Below are positions 61,801 through 64,000 of a stretch of DNA of 64,000 nucleotides, piece after piece. Where the stretch lies: positions 62,001 through 126,000 of the forward strand of contig JASTWF010000341.1 in assembly GCA_030390025.1 (NCBI GenBank), read 5' to 3'. Both the position numbers and the translations under genes were made by a program. Under the pieces are notes generated by a model. The model made no database searches, was not told where the DNA came from, and saw only the letters and a program-made list of their open reading frames with translations. Numbering within the stretch: the first letter of the stretch is position 1; every line of letters starts with the position of its first letter. Source of the DNA: Squalus acanthias (taxonomy: Eukaryota).

Positions 61801-64000
61801 GCACATAGTTTTCCATGTAATGACAACATACACAATGGCCTGATCTCTGCTACAGCAGCATGGAAGTATCATGGCGGATGTTTTATAGCTTTCAACATTG
61901 GGCAGTTGATAGCTGCCATTGTTGGTGCTTCGGTCCAGTTGACAGGGGTCGCCTCAGCTTCATAACCAACAGTCAACTTAAAGCTTTGATGAGGTAAACT
62001 GAGGTGTATGGTAACAATTTGTTGGTGCTACTCTCATGCATCACATGCTCAAGATGGGTCACTGGGTAGGGAAAACATCAAACAAAAAGGGGTCATAGGT
62101 GTATCAGCCTCTGGGGCACACTTTCCAGCAAAGTTTCAAGACAAACTCGCCACACTCCAGACATTTTCCTTCAGCTTTAGCTTTAACAACCTGTATACTG
62201 TCTGCTGCTACTAAGCTTTCACAAGGCACTTCAGCATTTTGTCGATGACCAGACATCATTTCTTCAGCAGTGGCTCCTGCCTTTGATTAAAATGTCCAAT
62301 GTAAGTAAGGGTCAGCAACATCTGTAGCCAGTTTCCCAATTCCTACCTGCCACCAAACCCTCCCTTGCAAAAAAAAGCCAATAATATTGTCACCTAATTT
62401 TAGCATTCACCGTCTTTATTGATTTTTTTCATTAAGAAATTGGTGCCGTTAAACAAAACATGCACTACTGGAAGCAGTGGTTACGATAAATATCTGATGA
62501 CTCTGAATGCATGCCTTACCTTAATATCCAGCTCTTTCTCAGCTCCTGGCGCTCCTCAAGAAGTGGCAAAAGACAGCGTATAATTTGGAGCTTTTTTTCT
62601 AAAGACCATTCCGCCTTATTGATTTCACACAGCAAAAGCTTTGTCTAAAAAAAAAATTAAAAAGAGCTGGCAATAAAACTAAAAATTACTAAAATAGCCC
62701 ATTGGCAAATAAAGTGAGGGGAAAAAAAATCAATATCATCTTTATTACTCCCTTCTACTATGGACAGATCAATAAAGCAAATGAAGTTAATGATGATCAA
62801 AATGGATAATATATTTATTTCCAGTAAATCAATTTACGTGGTGCACTCAGGGTGAACCTTTTCAGTTTTAAATAAATGGCTACAAGTTGGCCAGCACAGC
62901 AAAGTTAAGGGTCAAAAGGATCAGGTAATGTGGAAACCCTGGACAAAGATCTTATCAGGAGAGACAGATACAGAAAAAACAAAATCATTCTTCACATCTC
63001 AATTGCACATCTCACCTAAAAACAACTGACTCAACAACTACCAGAAACTCTGAAAGAACAGAAGTGCTTGCTGTTTTAAACCACACCAACAATTTTCCCT
63101 CGAAGATTGTCTGTCTCTGTTTCTTTATTAGTTTAATGAAGGTAAATGACAGATAATTGTCTTCTGAGGCCCCTTGTTCATTTGTTGCTGAGTGAAGCTT
63201 TCACATTTTTTTAACTTGCGTCCCTCTGACTGCGACTGACAGTATGTTTGAGACTACAGGTCAGGAGAACAAACAAACAGTTTGGGCACCCCGATTGCCT
63301 GCCTTATCTCACCCTTCTGTTAGCAGAAGACTCGAACAGCACAAATGTTTACAGACTGATGAAAATTTCTTTCCTCTATTTCCTGAAATCACCAAACAAG
63401 GGTGACCTCTCCAGTTCCAGATAGCGTACAGGCAGAAGTGAACACTGCCTTTAACAGGAAGAGTAAGTGCAGGTACGTTCTAGGTCCAGACCTCAGCATC
63501 ACTTCTTTCTGGAGAAAGGGTAAATGGACAAACAAATGGACACAAGCCTTGGGATAACAGGGCAATCCTAATTGTACAAACCAAAGCTTCTTGGAAGTTC
63601 TGAGCAAACAAATGACATTTTTATCTTGGATCTCAAAGTGCTGCTCCAAGTAGTTTTACTTTTATTTCATGTTGTCTACTAATATATTTTTACTACAGTA
63701 AACATTCAATATGAAGAGGGAAAAATATTAACACTGCTCTGCATTTTCTCCTGTTCTCTTCCGCAGACAACTGGCAACAATCAATAGATGTGGGTGGCTC
63801 AAAAATCCTGGAGCCAGTGGGTAGGGAGTGTTAGAGCCTGCTTACTGTTAAGACATGGTTCCCAATGATAGCTCAGAGGCAATGAGTTTTTTAAAACTAT
63901 GTCACAACAATGCTGACATGTTATGGCTTAAATATTAACCACTTAGGTAACATGCTTTGTTTACATTTGAGCACGAAGAGAAAAAAAATTCCAAGCTTCA

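Noticed and set aside
1..64000. CRISPR array, rRNA, prokaryotic operon or LTR/ERV element
   Set aside because: No regularly spaced repeat-spacer array, rRNA-like sequence, gene-dense ORF layout, or paired LTRs with gag/pol were seen.

Overview
Eukaryotic, vertebrate-like, transposon-rich non-coding DNA. The repeat complement (young CR1 LINEs, L2, RTE, tRNA/Deu-type SINEs, Penelope-like hairpin remnants, PIF/Harbinger elements) suggests a cartilaginous fish; that is inference. I recognised no host protein-coding exon, and every ORF I could assign is transposon-derived. Main structures: (1) a full-length but decayed 4.1-kb Harbinger (5168-9260; perfect 15-bp TIRs, TTA TSD) with a 3-exon Myb/SANT gene convergent with a DDE transposase. 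(2) A related, doubly deleted 2-kb Harbinger (47026-48996) that lost the transposase core but keeps an open spliced 172-codon Myb/SANT ORF and a CCAAT-CRE-TATA-like module; it sits inside a Penelope-like hairpin. (3) Five short Penelope-like insertions, four with exact 12-16-bp TSDs and several with minimal hammerhead ribozyme cores. (4) Several Harbinger-type MITEs and one pogo/Tc1-type MITE. (5) Multi-level TE nests. The last ~4 kb is repeat-poor and may hold conserved non-coding elements. Family assignments come from motif recognition only, without database searches.
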